In this document: positions 42,534 through 55,504 of the stretch, piece after piece | How the letters are laid out: each line of letters starts with the position of its first letter | How positions within the stretch are numbered: position 1 is the stretch's first letter | From: Limnothrix sp. BL-A-16 | GTDB taxonomy: Bacteria; Cyanobacteriota; Cyanobacteriia; CACIAM-69d | Length of the DNA: 64,000 bases | Direction of reading: 5' to 3' | NCBI GenBank assembly: GCA_041937175.2 | Contig: CP166615.1 | Location: 2,208,001-2,272,000, forward strand | The notes under the pieces: generated by a model | Database searches by the model: none | Told to the model about the DNA's origin: nothing | The model's input: only the letters and a program-made list of their open reading frames with translations | Program-made: the position numbers and the translations under genes

Positions 42534-44795
42534 ATGGGCCCAAATCCTACGCCGCCTCCGCCTCAACCCGCCAAAACCATCCTGGGCCGCCTCCGCCAAA
42601 CGGTGACCCAGCTTTCGCGGGTGCAATTGGCCCGGCTGAAGTTGGCGGCTCATGCCAACCCGCCCCGCATTGTGATCTATGAAGCGGGTAGCGAACCCCG
42701 AGACTATCCCCTGTTGGGGGACTACTACCTTTTGGGGCGATCGAGCAAGGCCAACGACATCCCCCTCAACAGCCCCGTGGTCAGCACCACCCACGCAGGC
42801 TTGCGGCGGGTTCCCAGTTTTTTGGGCAGCACCTTCGCCATTGAAGACCGAAACTCCACCAACGGCACATTCAGCGGCAAAAAACGGATCAATGGGCAAA
42901 TTTTGCGCCACCGGGAAATGGTTGTGCTGGGGCCGCCGGAGCTGGCGGACTCGGTGCGGCTGCAATATGTGGATCCGCCAACGCCCTTGGTGCAAGTCCT
43001 GCGCTATGGCCTTTCGGGATTAGCCGGGGCGATCGGGCTGGTGAGTTTGGCGGTGATTTGGCAATGGCAGGGCATTCAGATTTTGCCCCTGCCCCAGGCC
43101 CAGCGCGGCCCGGTGATTGTGGTGGCGGGGGATGGGCAACCGCTCCAGGCGATCGAGCGGCGGGCCCACCAGGAAGCCAAGAACCTGGGAGAATTTTCGC
43201 CCTACCTCAAAAAAGCATTGCTGGCTTCGGAGGATGCACGCTACTACTGGCACTTTGGCGTTGACCCGATCGGGATTTTGCGCGCCCTGGTGGTCAACGC
43301 ACGGGAAGGGGAATTGCAACAGGGAGCCAGCACCCTTTCCCAGCAACTGGCCCGCACCCTTTACCGGGATTATGTGGGGTCAGACAATTCCGCCGGTCGC
43401 AAAATCAAAGAGGCGATCGTGGCCCTGAAGCTGGAAAGTTTCTATGGCAAAGATCGGCTGCTGCTGGCCTACATGAACCAAGTGTTCTTGGGCGGCAACT
43501 TGGCCGGCTTTGAGGATGCCGCTCGGTTTTATTTTGAAAAATCCGCGCGGGATTTAGACCTGGGCGAAGCGGCGATGCTGGTGGGCATTTTGCCGGCCCC
43601 CAATCGCTGGAACCCGGCCCGCAATTACAAAACAGCGGTGCAACGGCGAGATTTGGTCTTGCAGCGGATGTTGGATCAAGGGGCTGTCACCCTGGAGGAG
43701 TTCAAGCGGGCCCGGCGATCGCGCGTGGAGGTGAGTCCCCGAGCACGGGAAATTTTGCGATCGACCCGTGCGCCCTACTTTTTTAACTACGTTTTTGAGG
43801 AATTGGAGCAGCTTTTTGGTTCCGGCGTGGCCCGCGAAGGCAATTTCTTAATTGAAACGCGCTTGAACTTAGCAGCCCAGGCCGAGGCCGATCGGGCCCT
43901 GCAACAGTTCATTGACAGCCAGGGCGGCCGGGCCGGGGTCAGTCAAGGGGCGATCGTGGCGATCGACCCAACCGACGGGGCCATTCTGGCCATGAGTGGC
44001 GGCCGCAGCTTTGAAGACAGCCAGTTTAACCGCGCCGCCAATGGCCTGCGCCAGCCCGGCTCCACCTTCAAACTGTTTGCCTATGCGGCCGCCCTGGAAA
44101 AAGGCATCAGCCCCAACACCGCCTACAGTTGCGCTCCCGTAAATTGGATGGGGCAACGGTTTCGGGGCTGTCGATCGGGCGGTGGTTCCTTGAACATGGT
44201 CAGCGGCGTGGCCCTGTCCGAAAACCCGATCGCCCTGCGGGTGGCCGAAGCGGTGGGGCTAGATGAGGTGATGGGTTTGGCCCAACGACTGGGAATTACC
44301 AGCCCTTTGCGCAAAACACCCGGCCTCGTGTTGGGGGAAAGCGAAGCCACTTTGCTGCAAATGACCGGGGCCTTTGCGGCTGTGGCGAACAATGGCCGCT
44401 TTAACCATGCCAAGGCGATCACCCGTGTCCTGGACACGAGCGATTGCACCGATCCGCAAAACCTGCAAACCTGCCGCGTCATGTACGATGCCCAGGCAGA
44501 TCAGCCCGGTGCTAACCAACCGGTGCTCTCGCCCCAAGTCGCCCAGACCATGACAGATCTGCTGCGGGGGGTTGTGGTGCAAGGAACGGGGCGATCGGCC
44601 GCCAATGTGCCCGGAGCCGTGGGCAAAACCGGCACAACGGACGACAGCGCCGACCTGTGGTTTATTGGCTATGTGCCTGGCCGCAACCTGACGGCCGGGG
44701 TTTGGTTGGGCAACGACACCCGCAAACCCACCAATGGCAACAGTGGCCAAGCGGCCGCGGTCTGGGGTAATTTCGTCAGCCGCCTGCTGCCATAA
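42534..44795 (+). CDS. FHA-domain class A penicillin-binding protein
   Basis: FHA (LGRS, VSTTHA, STNGT), TM segment, transglycosylase (EDARY, GASTLSQQ, RKIKE) and transpeptidase (STFK, SEN, KTG). Confidence 0.92.
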   Translation: MGPNPTPPPPQPAKTILGRLRQTVTQLSRVQLARLKLAAHANPPRIVIYEAGSEPRDYPLLGDYYLLGRSSKANDIPLNSPVVSTTHAGLRRVPSFLGSTFAIEDRNSTNGTFSGKKRINGQILRHREMVVLGPPELADSVRLQYVDPPTPLVQVLRYGLSGLAGAIGLVSLAVIWQWQGIQILPLPQAQRGPVIVVAGDGQPLQAIERRAHQEAKNLGEFSPYLKKALLASEDARYYWHFGVDPIGILRALVVNAREGELQQGASTLSQQLARTLYRDYVGSDNSAGRKIKEAIVALKLESFYGKDRLLLAYMNQVFLGGNLAGFEDAARFYFEKSARDLDLGEAAMLVGILPAPNRWNPARNYKTAVQRRDLVLQRMLDQGAVTLEEFKRARRSRVEVSPRAREILRSTRAPYFFNYVFEELEQLFGSGVAREGNFLIETRLNLAAQAEADRALQQFIDSQGGRAGVSQGAIVAIDPTDGAILAMSGGRSFEDSQFNRAANGLRQPGSTFKLFAYAAALEKGISPNTAYSCAPVNWMGQRFRGCRSGGGSLNMVSGVALSENPIALRVAEAVGLDEVMGLAQRLGITSPLRKTPGLVLGESEATLLQMTGAFAAVANNGRFNHAKAITRVLDTSDCTDPQNLQTCRVMYDAQADQPGANQPVLSPQVAQTMTDLLRGVVVQGTGRSAANVPGAVGKTGTTDDSADLWFIGYVPGRNLTAGVWLGNDTRKPTNGNSGQAAAVWGNFVSRLLP

Positions 44796-45173
44796 CTGAA
44801 CGAACCGCAAGGCTTGAGAGGGGATTTGTCGGTTTTTGTGGCAAACGGCAGCAATCGGACTGGGGAAATGGGACTTACCCGAGTCCTAGGGAGTTGTGCC
44901 ATTTCCCAAACTGTCCTTGAGTATTTTTCTGCGGGGGCTAGCCGCTCGCCACTCCATGGCCCATGAATCAAGGAATTCTGGGTGATTCGCCCGATCGAAC
45001 CGGGGATAGCGGTTGGGTGCGATCGGGGCGCTTCAGAAAGCGGTTGGTGGGGGTTTGAGCCAGGGAGCAGGGACAGGATAGGTTGAACCCAGAGTCAGTG
45101 AATTGGCTGAAGGTGGCTTGCCCGCCGTTCGTGCAATGGCTGGCCTCTGTTTTTCAACCGCTGTTGATCGCCC

Positions 45174-46055
45174 GTGACTGCCATGGCCACCCCCCTGTCT
45201 GCCCGTCCTTACCTTTCCGGTTTCGAGGCCCTGTCGGCCCAAGAACGCGCTCAATTGCACCCGGACGCGGTTCCTTTTCAGTTAGCGGCTGCTTTAACCT
45301 CGGCTAAGCAGACGACCAAGGGCCGATCGCGCGGGGTGGTGATTTGCCTCCATGGGTTCACTGCCATGCCCTATGGGGTGGGGCCTGTGGCCCGGGCGAT
45401 CGCTCAGCAAGGGTTGGATGTGGTTGCGCCCTTGCTGCCGGGCCATGGCTGGCGCGATCGCCCCGTTCAGGAACGGGAAATTGCAAAAATCACGCCCGAT
45501 CGATTGTTGGCGGCGGCCCGCGATGAAGTGCGCCGGGCACGGGAACAATATGACTTTGTGGCCATGTATGGCGATTCCATGGGCGGGGCGATCGCTCTGA
45601 CTTTGGCGGCGGAAGGTTTGCTCGATGCCTGTGCGGTGACGGCTCCGGCGCTGCAACTGCCCTTTCGAGGGGCCGTCTTGGCACGCTATTTGGGTTGGCT
45701 GAATTTTTCAATTCCCAAGCGCCTGAATCGCCGGTTCTATGCCCCCTGCTATGAATTTGAAAATGCGCGGGCGGGGCGGGTGCTCTGGCGCTTGTCGCAA
45801 CGGGCCAAGGCGGGACTGGAGCGGATCACCTGTCCGGTGTTTGTGGCCCATTCCCACGCCGATCGAACCATTGCTTACCAGGCGGCGGAATGGGTGCGCG
45901 ATCGGGTAGCGGGCCCGGTGGAATTGCAATGGTTTGATCGATCGGGCCATGTGTTGCCCCTGGATGTGGAGGGGCCAGCGGTGGCAACGGCCATTTCAAA
46001 ATTCTTTCATCAGCAATTTTTTCGCCCCCTCGAAAACCCACCCCCCAATCCCTAG
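45174..46055 (+). CDS. alpha/beta hydrolase (carboxylesterase-like)
   Basis: HGFTA, LPGHG, nucleophile motif GDSMG and SGHVLPLD. Confidence 0.87.
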   Translation: MTAMATPLSARPYLSGFEALSAQERAQLHPDAVPFQLAAALTSAKQTTKGRSRGVVICLHGFTAMPYGVGPVARAIAQQGLDVVAPLLPGHGWRDRPVQEREIAKITPDRLLAAARDEVRRAREQYDFVAMYGDSMGGAIALTLAAEGLLDACAVTAPALQLPFRGAVLARYLGWLNFSIPKRLNRRFYAPCYEFENARAGRVLWRLSQRAKAGLERITCPVFVAHSHADRTIAYQAAEWVRDRVAGPVELQWFDRSGHVLPLDVEGPAVATAISKFFHQQFFRPLENPPPNP

Positions 46056-46194
46056 CGACCGCCCAACCCAAACAGATTGAGTCGAAATCCCCATTGAGCG
46101 ATCGGCCTTGGTCTGGCGGGCCGGAGACCACCGCCATTGATTTTGCTTTTAGCTAGCTGCAATGAATTCGTGCTTTGGGAAATGGTTGGCCAAC

Positions 46195-47259
46195 CTATTG
46201 CATGGATTGCAAATTAATCCTTGGATCCACAAATTTCAGCAACAAATCTGCTAACAAATTCCCCAAAATCAACATCACCGCCCCCATCATCAAACTCGCC
46301 ATCGTTAAGTACAGATCTTGGACTTGAACCGCTTGCAAAATCAGCCGACCCAAGCCAGGCCAGTTGAAGAAATATTCCGTGATGAACGCACCGCCCAACA
46401 GGCTAGAAAATTCAAAGCCCAAGAGCGTAATCAACGGATTCACCGCATTACGCAGCGCATGGACATAAATCACGCGGTCTTCGGGTAATCCCTTGGCTCG
46501 GGCAGTGCGGATATAGTCTTGGCGCAACACATCCAGCAGTTGGCCGCGCATCAACCGCTGCAAACCAGCAAAACCCGTGATGCTGAGGGCAATGGTGGGC
46601 AAGATGGAATGCCAACCAATATCTAAAAGTTGCCCGATCGGGGACAGTTCACTGAAATTCAGGCTGGTCATGCCCCCCACGGGCAACAGGGGCGAGAGAT
46701 TTTGGGCCACAAACAGCAACAGCAGGGCCGTGATGAAGCTGGGGAACCCTTGCCCCAAGTAGCTGATCACCTGCAAGGCGCGATCGACCCAGCGGTTGTG
46801 GCGAATGGCGGCCACAATCCCAAGGGGCAGGGCGATCGCCCAGGTGGCCAGCAGCGATAGCACCGCCATATAGAGAGTGGCGGGAATTCGTTCCGCCAGC
46901 AGGGATGTGACCGATCGCTGATACACAAAACTCGTGCCAAAGTTCCCCTGAGACACCACTTGCCCGAGCCAGCGCAAATATTGCTCCAGGGCGGGGCGAT
47001 CGAGGCCAAATTGCTTGGTATAGAGAGCGAGGGTGTCGCGGCTGATTTGCGGATTTTGGGCGATCGTGTCCAAATAGCTGCCGGGAGCCAGATCCACAAT
47101 CAAAAAGCACAGGGCCGAAGCCAACAGCAAGGTTAAGAGGGCTTGCAACGTACGCTTGAGAATGTAGGTGCTGGTGTCTCCTGTAGCGATCGCCCAAAGT
47201 CGCTGAAGCAACTGTGCGAGGTAATCGTCTGGTTGTGAAACCCGCTTTGAAACCGGCAT
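46195..47259 (-). CDS. peptide/nickel ABC transporter permease (OppB/DppB)
   Basis: GNFGTSF, YIRTARAKGL, HALRNA and WPGLGRL; start uncertain. Confidence 0.9.
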   Translation of the reverse strand: MPVSKRVSQPDDYLAQLLQRLWAIATGDTSTYILKRTLQALLTLLLASALCFLIVDLAPGSYLDTIAQNPQISRDTLALYTKQFGLDRPALEQYLRWLGQVVSQGNFGTSFVYQRSVTSLLAERIPATLYMAVLSLLATWAIALPLGIVAAIRHNRWVDRALQVISYLGQGFPSFITALLLLFVAQNLSPLLPVGGMTSLNFSELSPIGQLLDIGWHSILPTIALSITGFAGLQRLMRGQLLDVLRQDYIRTARAKGLPEDRVIYVHALRNAVNPLITLLGFEFSSLLGGAFITEYFFNWPGLGRLILQAVQVQDLYLTMASLMMGAVMLILGNLLADLLLKFVDPRINLQSMQ

Positions 47260-47533
47260 GGCATTTTGGGTTGGATTGGCCCCGTGGCATAGTCCCAATC
47301 AAGACTCGACGGGGGCGGGCCCTGGGGCCCGCCCCGATCGCTGTCAATCGATGGTCTGGACAACAGGATACCCAAGAATCAACGAATCCGTCCTCTGCTT
47401 GGGGCTGCTTGGGGCTGGGAGTCCATGGGCATCTTCCAAAGACCCAACTCCGGCGGAATCAGCGCTTCTGGCAGACCAGCGCAAAACAATTTGCAAATTG
47501 CGGCATTGCTGCTAATATTAACCTCGCTTACCT

Positions 47534-47620
47534 GGAGAGGTGGCAGAGCGGTTGAATGCGCTTGACTCGAAATCAAGTTTGGCGGCAACGTCAACGGGGG
47601 TTCGAATCCCCCCCTCTCCG
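47534..47620 (+). tRNA. tRNA-Ser (anticodon CGA)
   Basis: GGAGAGG/CCTCTCC acceptor stem, anticodon arm CTTGA-CTCGAAA-TCAAG, long variable arm and GTTCGAATC; no encoded CCA. Confidence 0.96.
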
Positions 47621-47631
47621 TCGGAGACAGG

Positions 47632-47668
47632 AAACGATCGCAAATCAAGACCGAGCGATCGTTTTTTT
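47632..47668 (+). terminator. intrinsic terminator after tRNA-Ser
   Basis: aaacgatcgc…gcgatcgttt stem followed by a T-run. Confidence 0.6.
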
Positions 47669-47725
47669 GTCGATTCACAATTTTGCAACCTAGTTCTGTG
47701 CGGCAACCAGGGGCCGTATCGAAAG

Positions 47726-48898
47726 CTAGTGGGCCATCACTTGGTTGTGTTGATGGCGCTGGAGGGCGGCGAGCACCTTGGCCGGAGTGACCGGCTTGCT
47801 GACAAAACTACTTGCGCCCGAAAGCTTGGCCCTTGCCCGATCGAACAGGCCATCCGCACTCGTTAGCATCACAATCGATGTGTGGCTGAGCTGTTGCACG
47901 CGCCGCAACTGAGCACAAAGCTCATGCCCATTAATCACCGGCATCACCACATCCAAAAACACCACATCGGGCTTGGCTTCAATTACCTTGGGCAGGGCCG
48001 CCAAGGGTTCAAAACAACCTAAAAACTGGTGACCATTCCCAATCACTATTTTTTCGATCCTTTCGCAAATTTTGGGATCGTCATCCACACAAGCCACCTT
48101 TAGGGAAAAACTAGCCTGCGGCGCTTGGTGGCTCATTTCCAAGTCCGGTAACTCAATCACGGCTAACTGTTTGCGTTGCCAAAGGAGCTGAAATACCTTG
48201 AGCACGCCCCCCAAGTTGGCATAGTTAGGATCCAGCTTGGCCACAATGTCCCAGAAGGTGCGCTTGCCATCCAACAGGGGAGCCAGGGTCATGGTGGTGG
48301 AGGTATCGGCGGCGGTTTCATTGCCCGGGAGATAAATCCAGCCCCGATCGGCCCAAAGCGGATTGAAGGGCAATCGTTGCCAATGGCGCTGTAGGTTGTA
48401 GGAGCGGGTGAGGGCTTCGCCCATCAAGGAAGAGGAAAGGGACAAGTTAGGGTGAATGGGATCGATCGGTTGGGCAATCCACTGAAAACGCGCTGAGGGT
48501 TGGTCAACCACAAAAAACACCTCGATCGCCACCTGCATGACGATCGCTTGGGCCCGTTCGATCGTCAACAGTTCCTCTGCCAACGCCTGCTCTAGGCAAC
48601 GCACTTCCCAAAGGGGATCACTCAAATTCTGCTTCGTGGCTGCCACCAGCCCATTCCATCCCTCACGCGCCTGCGACTCCGTGCGCAGCTTGATCGCCCG
48701 CTGCAACCGTCGCAGCCGATGGCGATTGCCCGTACACCAAGCCAGCCGCCCGCGATAGAGCCAAATTTGCCAACGATAGTGATCCACCTCCACATTTAGG
48801 TAACCCGTTGCCTGTTGTCGATAGGCCAGCAGTAGAAATGAACGCAATTGCGAGTCATGGAAGTTTTCTGGCATGGCCTTGAGGAAGTTTTCTGGCAT
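47726..48898 (-). CDS. PatA-family response regulator (PATAN + receiver)
   Basis: ATGYLNV…WQIWLYRGRLAW N-domain; receiver VACVDDD, FLDVVMP and FVSKP; start 48898 or 48874. Confidence 0.85.
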   Translation of the reverse strand: MPENFLKAMPENFHDSQLRSFLLLAYRQQATGYLNVEVDHYRWQIWLYRGRLAWCTGNRHRLRRLQRAIKLRTESQAREGWNGLVAATKQNLSDPLWEVRCLEQALAEELLTIERAQAIVMQVAIEVFFVVDQPSARFQWIAQPIDPIHPNLSLSSSLMGEALTRSYNLQRHWQRLPFNPLWADRGWIYLPGNETAADTSTTMTLAPLLDGKRTFWDIVAKLDPNYANLGGVLKVFQLLWQRKQLAVIELPDLEMSHQAPQASFSLKVACVDDDPKICERIEKIVIGNGHQFLGCFEPLAALPKVIEAKPDVVFLDVVMPVINGHELCAQLRRVQQLSHTSIVMLTSADGLFDRARAKLSGASSFVSKPVTPAKVLAALQRHQHNQVMAH

Positions 48899-49945
48899 GG
48901 CCCTGAGGGATCAATCTCCAACTTAGTGAATACGGAAACCCCGCTGGCAAGCTTTTTAGTGAGTACTCTTATAAAAACACTGAAATTATCAAACGAAAAT
49001 GATCAAATAATGATCATTTCACAACATTCGAGAATTTTCTAGCCTGCCCTAGGAATTAGTCTGAACAGCTTTGAATTAGCTCTGTGAATTAGCCCCATTT
49101 TGGCTGATCCTCTTCTTTCAATTGGTACAATCTGGCTCACGGCGCTGGGCAATCTTACACAACCCATCCATGAATTTCGTTATGACTCAGATCTTGGTTT
49201 TGATCATACTCATAATGAGTTGTCGATCGTGATTGACAACATCTCCAGAGATCGCCGCTACAATAGTCAGTAACTGGCAAAGCAGAAGACTAAGTTAGTC
49301 ATGAAAGCCATCAACAACACTGCCCCAATCCCAGGTTTCAGTCCTAAACCTCAGCCAGATCATTTCAGCCAGTTCTGGATCATGCTGGTTTGTTTAGGCT
49401 GAATGATTGCGTTACTCATGGTGTTTATCAACCCAACAACAATGCTCAATTGGGCAACTGGCTTGTGGGTAACCAATGACTAATCAACCTTTGCACTCCC
49501 TGATTTTTTGCGCCGAATCCGTTACCAGTTCCCTATCAACCTTGGAGGTTGTCTCTCAAAAATTCCAGCCCTTGAGGTTAATTGTCTGGTGGCTAGTTGG
49601 CTTCAGGGGAAAAAGCACAGCCCAGGAAAATTCCTCGCGGTCACTGAGTATTTTGGAGAATAAATCTCATGAGCGATCGGTGCGCTGGTACGACTCATCC
49701 CATCCTAGAGCAAAATGCTAAACGGCTGTCATGCCAACCATTGTTTTGAAAAGAGCGGGTTTTCAACGAATTCCGCCCTAAAATCGCCAAATTCGCTCAA
49801 TCATGCCCCTAAATCAACGTTGCGTCAAATGAATTTTTCGTTTGAACCTTGCGTTGATGCTATGGAGTGTAATGGAACGGTGGCGGTATGACCTGCGTGA
49901 TTTTACTGGGAAATTTTCCACCAAGAAATTTTGGGTAACAGAACA

Positions 49946-50311
49946 ATGCAACTAAAACGCTTAGGACATGTGGCAATTTGTGTGCAGGATATTGCCAAGG
50001 CCGTGGAATTCTACAAGGACTTGGGAATGGAGTTGGCCTGGCAAGATCAAGATTGGGCCTATCTGAAGGCGGGTGAAGACGGGTTGGCGCTCTTGAGTCC
50101 GGAATATGACCAAGCGGGGCCACACTTTGGTTTCATTTTTGACCAACGGGCTGAGATGGAAGCAGCTTACGAGGAGTTGCAAGGGAAGGGGGTTTATGTG
50201 ACCAAGGTGCATGAGCACCGAGACGGCACGGCTTCGTTTTATGGTCGTGACTTGGATGGCAACTGGTTTGAGTATCTCTATGAGCCAGCGCCAGTGCCAG
50301 CGGCAGTTTAG
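49946..50311 (+). CDS. VOC/glyoxalase family protein
   Basis: LGHVAI, HFGF and FYGRDLDGNWFE. Confidence 0.88.
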   Translation: MQLKRLGHVAICVQDIAKAVEFYKDLGMELAWQDQDWAYLKAGEDGLALLSPEYDQAGPHFGFIFDQRAEMEAAYEELQGKGVYVTKVHEHRDGTASFYGRDLDGNWFEYLYEPAPVPAAV

Positions 50312-50339
50312 TTTGCGGGTTGCGCGATCGTGATGGCTG

Positions 50340-50381
50340 CGGGGGAGATGGGCGTTGTGTTGAACCTGTCCATCTCCCCCG
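50340..50381. terminator. GC-rich hairpin after the VOC gene
   Basis: cgggggagatgggc…gtccatctcccccg. Confidence 0.5.
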
Positions 50382-50524
50382 TGTCTCTAGTTGCGCGATC
50401 GGGGCGGGGTTCCCGTAACTTGAAAGCTCAAAAATTTGGACAGCGGCAAATTTAAGCTACTTTGAAGCTACTTTAAGGTGCTGCTTGAAAGACGCTTTAA
50501 GCCTGATACTGACTGACATTTGAA

Positions 50525-50596
50525 AGCCGGTGAGGGGATTTGAACCCCTGACCGCTCGATTACGAATCGAGTGCTCTACCACTGAGCTACACCGGC
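50525..50596 (-). tRNA. tRNA-Thr (anticodon CGT)
   Basis: Reverse complement GCCGGTGTAGCTCAGTGGTAGAGCACTCGATTCGTAATCGAGCGGTCAGGGGTTCAAATCCCCTCACCGGCT folds as a cloverleaf. Confidence 0.96.
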
Positions 50597-50891
50597 TTGC
50601 CCCAAAAGGCGCTTAAAGAGTATAGCAGCATTGGCCCAAATGGCTACAAATCGCAAGAAGAATTTTTCTGGTTTCCCAGGGCGCTGGTTGCAACTGTCGT
50701 GGTGAACCGGGCGATCGCCCGATAAATGACTCCCGATCGCCCGAAATGCGGCATTGGCCCCAATTTATCCGACAATTAAGCACTGCCTTTTCCATGAACT
50801 TTTTGAACTCCCTGTTGCAACTCAGCGGGGAGGGTTAGGCAGTGGGCTGATGGCGATTTTGTTCTATTAAGTCGGGGGTGATGAGGCGCTC

Positions 50892-54212
<3,321 letters not shown>

Positions 54213-54240
54213 ATCTCAAAGTCCCAGTCAAAACAATAGC

Positions 54241-54570
54241 GCCACCCATACGGGCAGCGCTCTTGTTCAAATCTAGGGCGGGATTATATGAATAATTCCC
54301 TGCTTGCCCGAGAGCGAAGTCTATTGGTGAAGGGTCTTTAAACAGTACGAGCTAGACCCCATTGAGCTAGTACCTAACGGGGCAAAATCCCCACGGGTTG
54401 AATGAACAAGGGCCTTTATTTGGGTGACCCCTTTTTATCTGGAAACCAGTTTTCCATGAAGTGGGGTCGCTGGGGAAGTTCCTCAACTTTTCTTTAAAAT
54501 TCCCTAAACCACCCTCGGGGCAACCCCTTCAGCCCGGCGGGTTTCCCGAAATTCAGACCACTGGTATCAA
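54241..54570 (+). ncRNA. candidate structured non-coding RNA, family unknown
   Basis: Many nested stems whose imperfect pairs are G-U on the + strand, a GCAA tetraloop, and no ORF longer than about 31 aa on the + strand. Confidence 0.4.
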
Positions 54571-54591
54571 TTTTGTCTTCATCTAAATCGC

Positions 54592-54620
54592 AAAAAGCCT
54601 GCCCTGAGGGAAGAGCAGGC
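54592..54620 (-). terminator. probable intrinsic terminator for the minus-strand TerB gene
   Basis: aaaaa-gcctgc…gcaggc, i.e. hairpin then T-run on the minus strand. Confidence 0.45.
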
Positions 54621-54691
54621 CCGGTTCATCCAGTTTTGCGGGGCAGGGGTTGAGATGAGTTGGAGAGCTAGCTGAGGGGAACCAATCCCTA

Positions 54692-54833
54692 GGGTCTGTC
54701 GCCATTTCCTAGGATCAGGCGGAAATGATCGATTTTCCATGTCCCAGCCGTTGTAACAAGGGGCTTAAGCCCCTTGTCCCCCACGATCTGCCAACGGTGG
54801 AATCAGGGTTTCAGGCGATTCGACGACAAGCTC
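54692..54833. mobile_element. MITE family B copy (142 bp), opposite orientation to the 42 kb copies
   Basis: TA|GGGTCTGTCGCCA…CGACGACAAGCTC|TA with central palindrome. Confidence 0.8.
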
Positions 54834-55309
54834 TAGGCTTCTTCTTCCTCCTCGTCGTCCTCAAAGTCCTCTTCATCGCTGAAGAGGGCCTCGACAATTT
54901 CATTGGCGCGATCGTCAGAAACGCCCAGCGCCGTTTGCAGCTCGTTCAAGTAGTCTTCTTCCGATTCGGGGACTTCGCCATCGGCGGCCACGATCAGAAT
55001 GGCGGTGATTAGGGCAATTTCTGCCAAATCTTCATTTTGGGTGACCACTGCCAAGGCACTGCCCAGGAGGGTCTGCACATCGGAGGCTTCCGAGGCTGCA
55101 ACCACTTTATCGACTATCTCGACGAGTTCGTCATCGGAATAGTCTTCAAACAGTTCAAATTCCGCTGCAACATCGGCCAGCAGTTCGGCCTCGATGTCTT
55201 CAACGGACTCATCAACGATCATGGTGATTAACCCGATCGCAATGATTGCCTCTTCAGGTGTTAAATCAATCAGATCGGAATCCGCTTTCGCAGGCAGATG
55301 ACGAGGCAT
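54833..55309 (-). CDS. TerB family (tellurite resistance-like) protein
   Basis: Acidic helical protein with VDESVEDIE and AADGEVPESEEDYLNELQTALGV. Confidence 0.75.
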   Translation of the reverse strand: MPRHLPAKADSDLIDLTPEEAIIAIGLITMIVDESVEDIEAELLADVAAEFELFEDYSDDELVEIVDKVVAASEASDVQTLLGSALAVVTQNEDLAEIALITAILIVAADGEVPESEEDYLNELQTALGVSDDRANEIVEALFSDEEDFEDDEEEEEA

Positions 55310-55504
55310 AAAAACGTCCTAGTCTCTCAAAAGTTTGGAAATACTGAGGCGCAATCGAGCGGCTTTGGCCGGCAACCACAGCCCCAAGCTAATTTTTCTG
55401 CTTGGGGATGTCAAGCAAATTGCGAACCATCCCCGAAGGTAAGCACCGTTGGGGTTTGGTCAGTTGCAATGGGGGGCGATCGCCCTAGGCCGATCGGGCA
55501 AGGC

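Noticed and set aside
47534..50596. tRNA-anchored genomic island
   Set aside because: No integrase and no duplicated tRNA 3' end; the enclosed genes look like ordinary cyanobacterial genes.
54235..54550. resemblance to Cas12k tracrRNA/repeat or HEARO RNA
   Set aside because: Only short words match (aatagcgcc, gggttgaa, ttggtgaaggg), their order does not fit, and no cas12k, tns or iscB gene is nearby.
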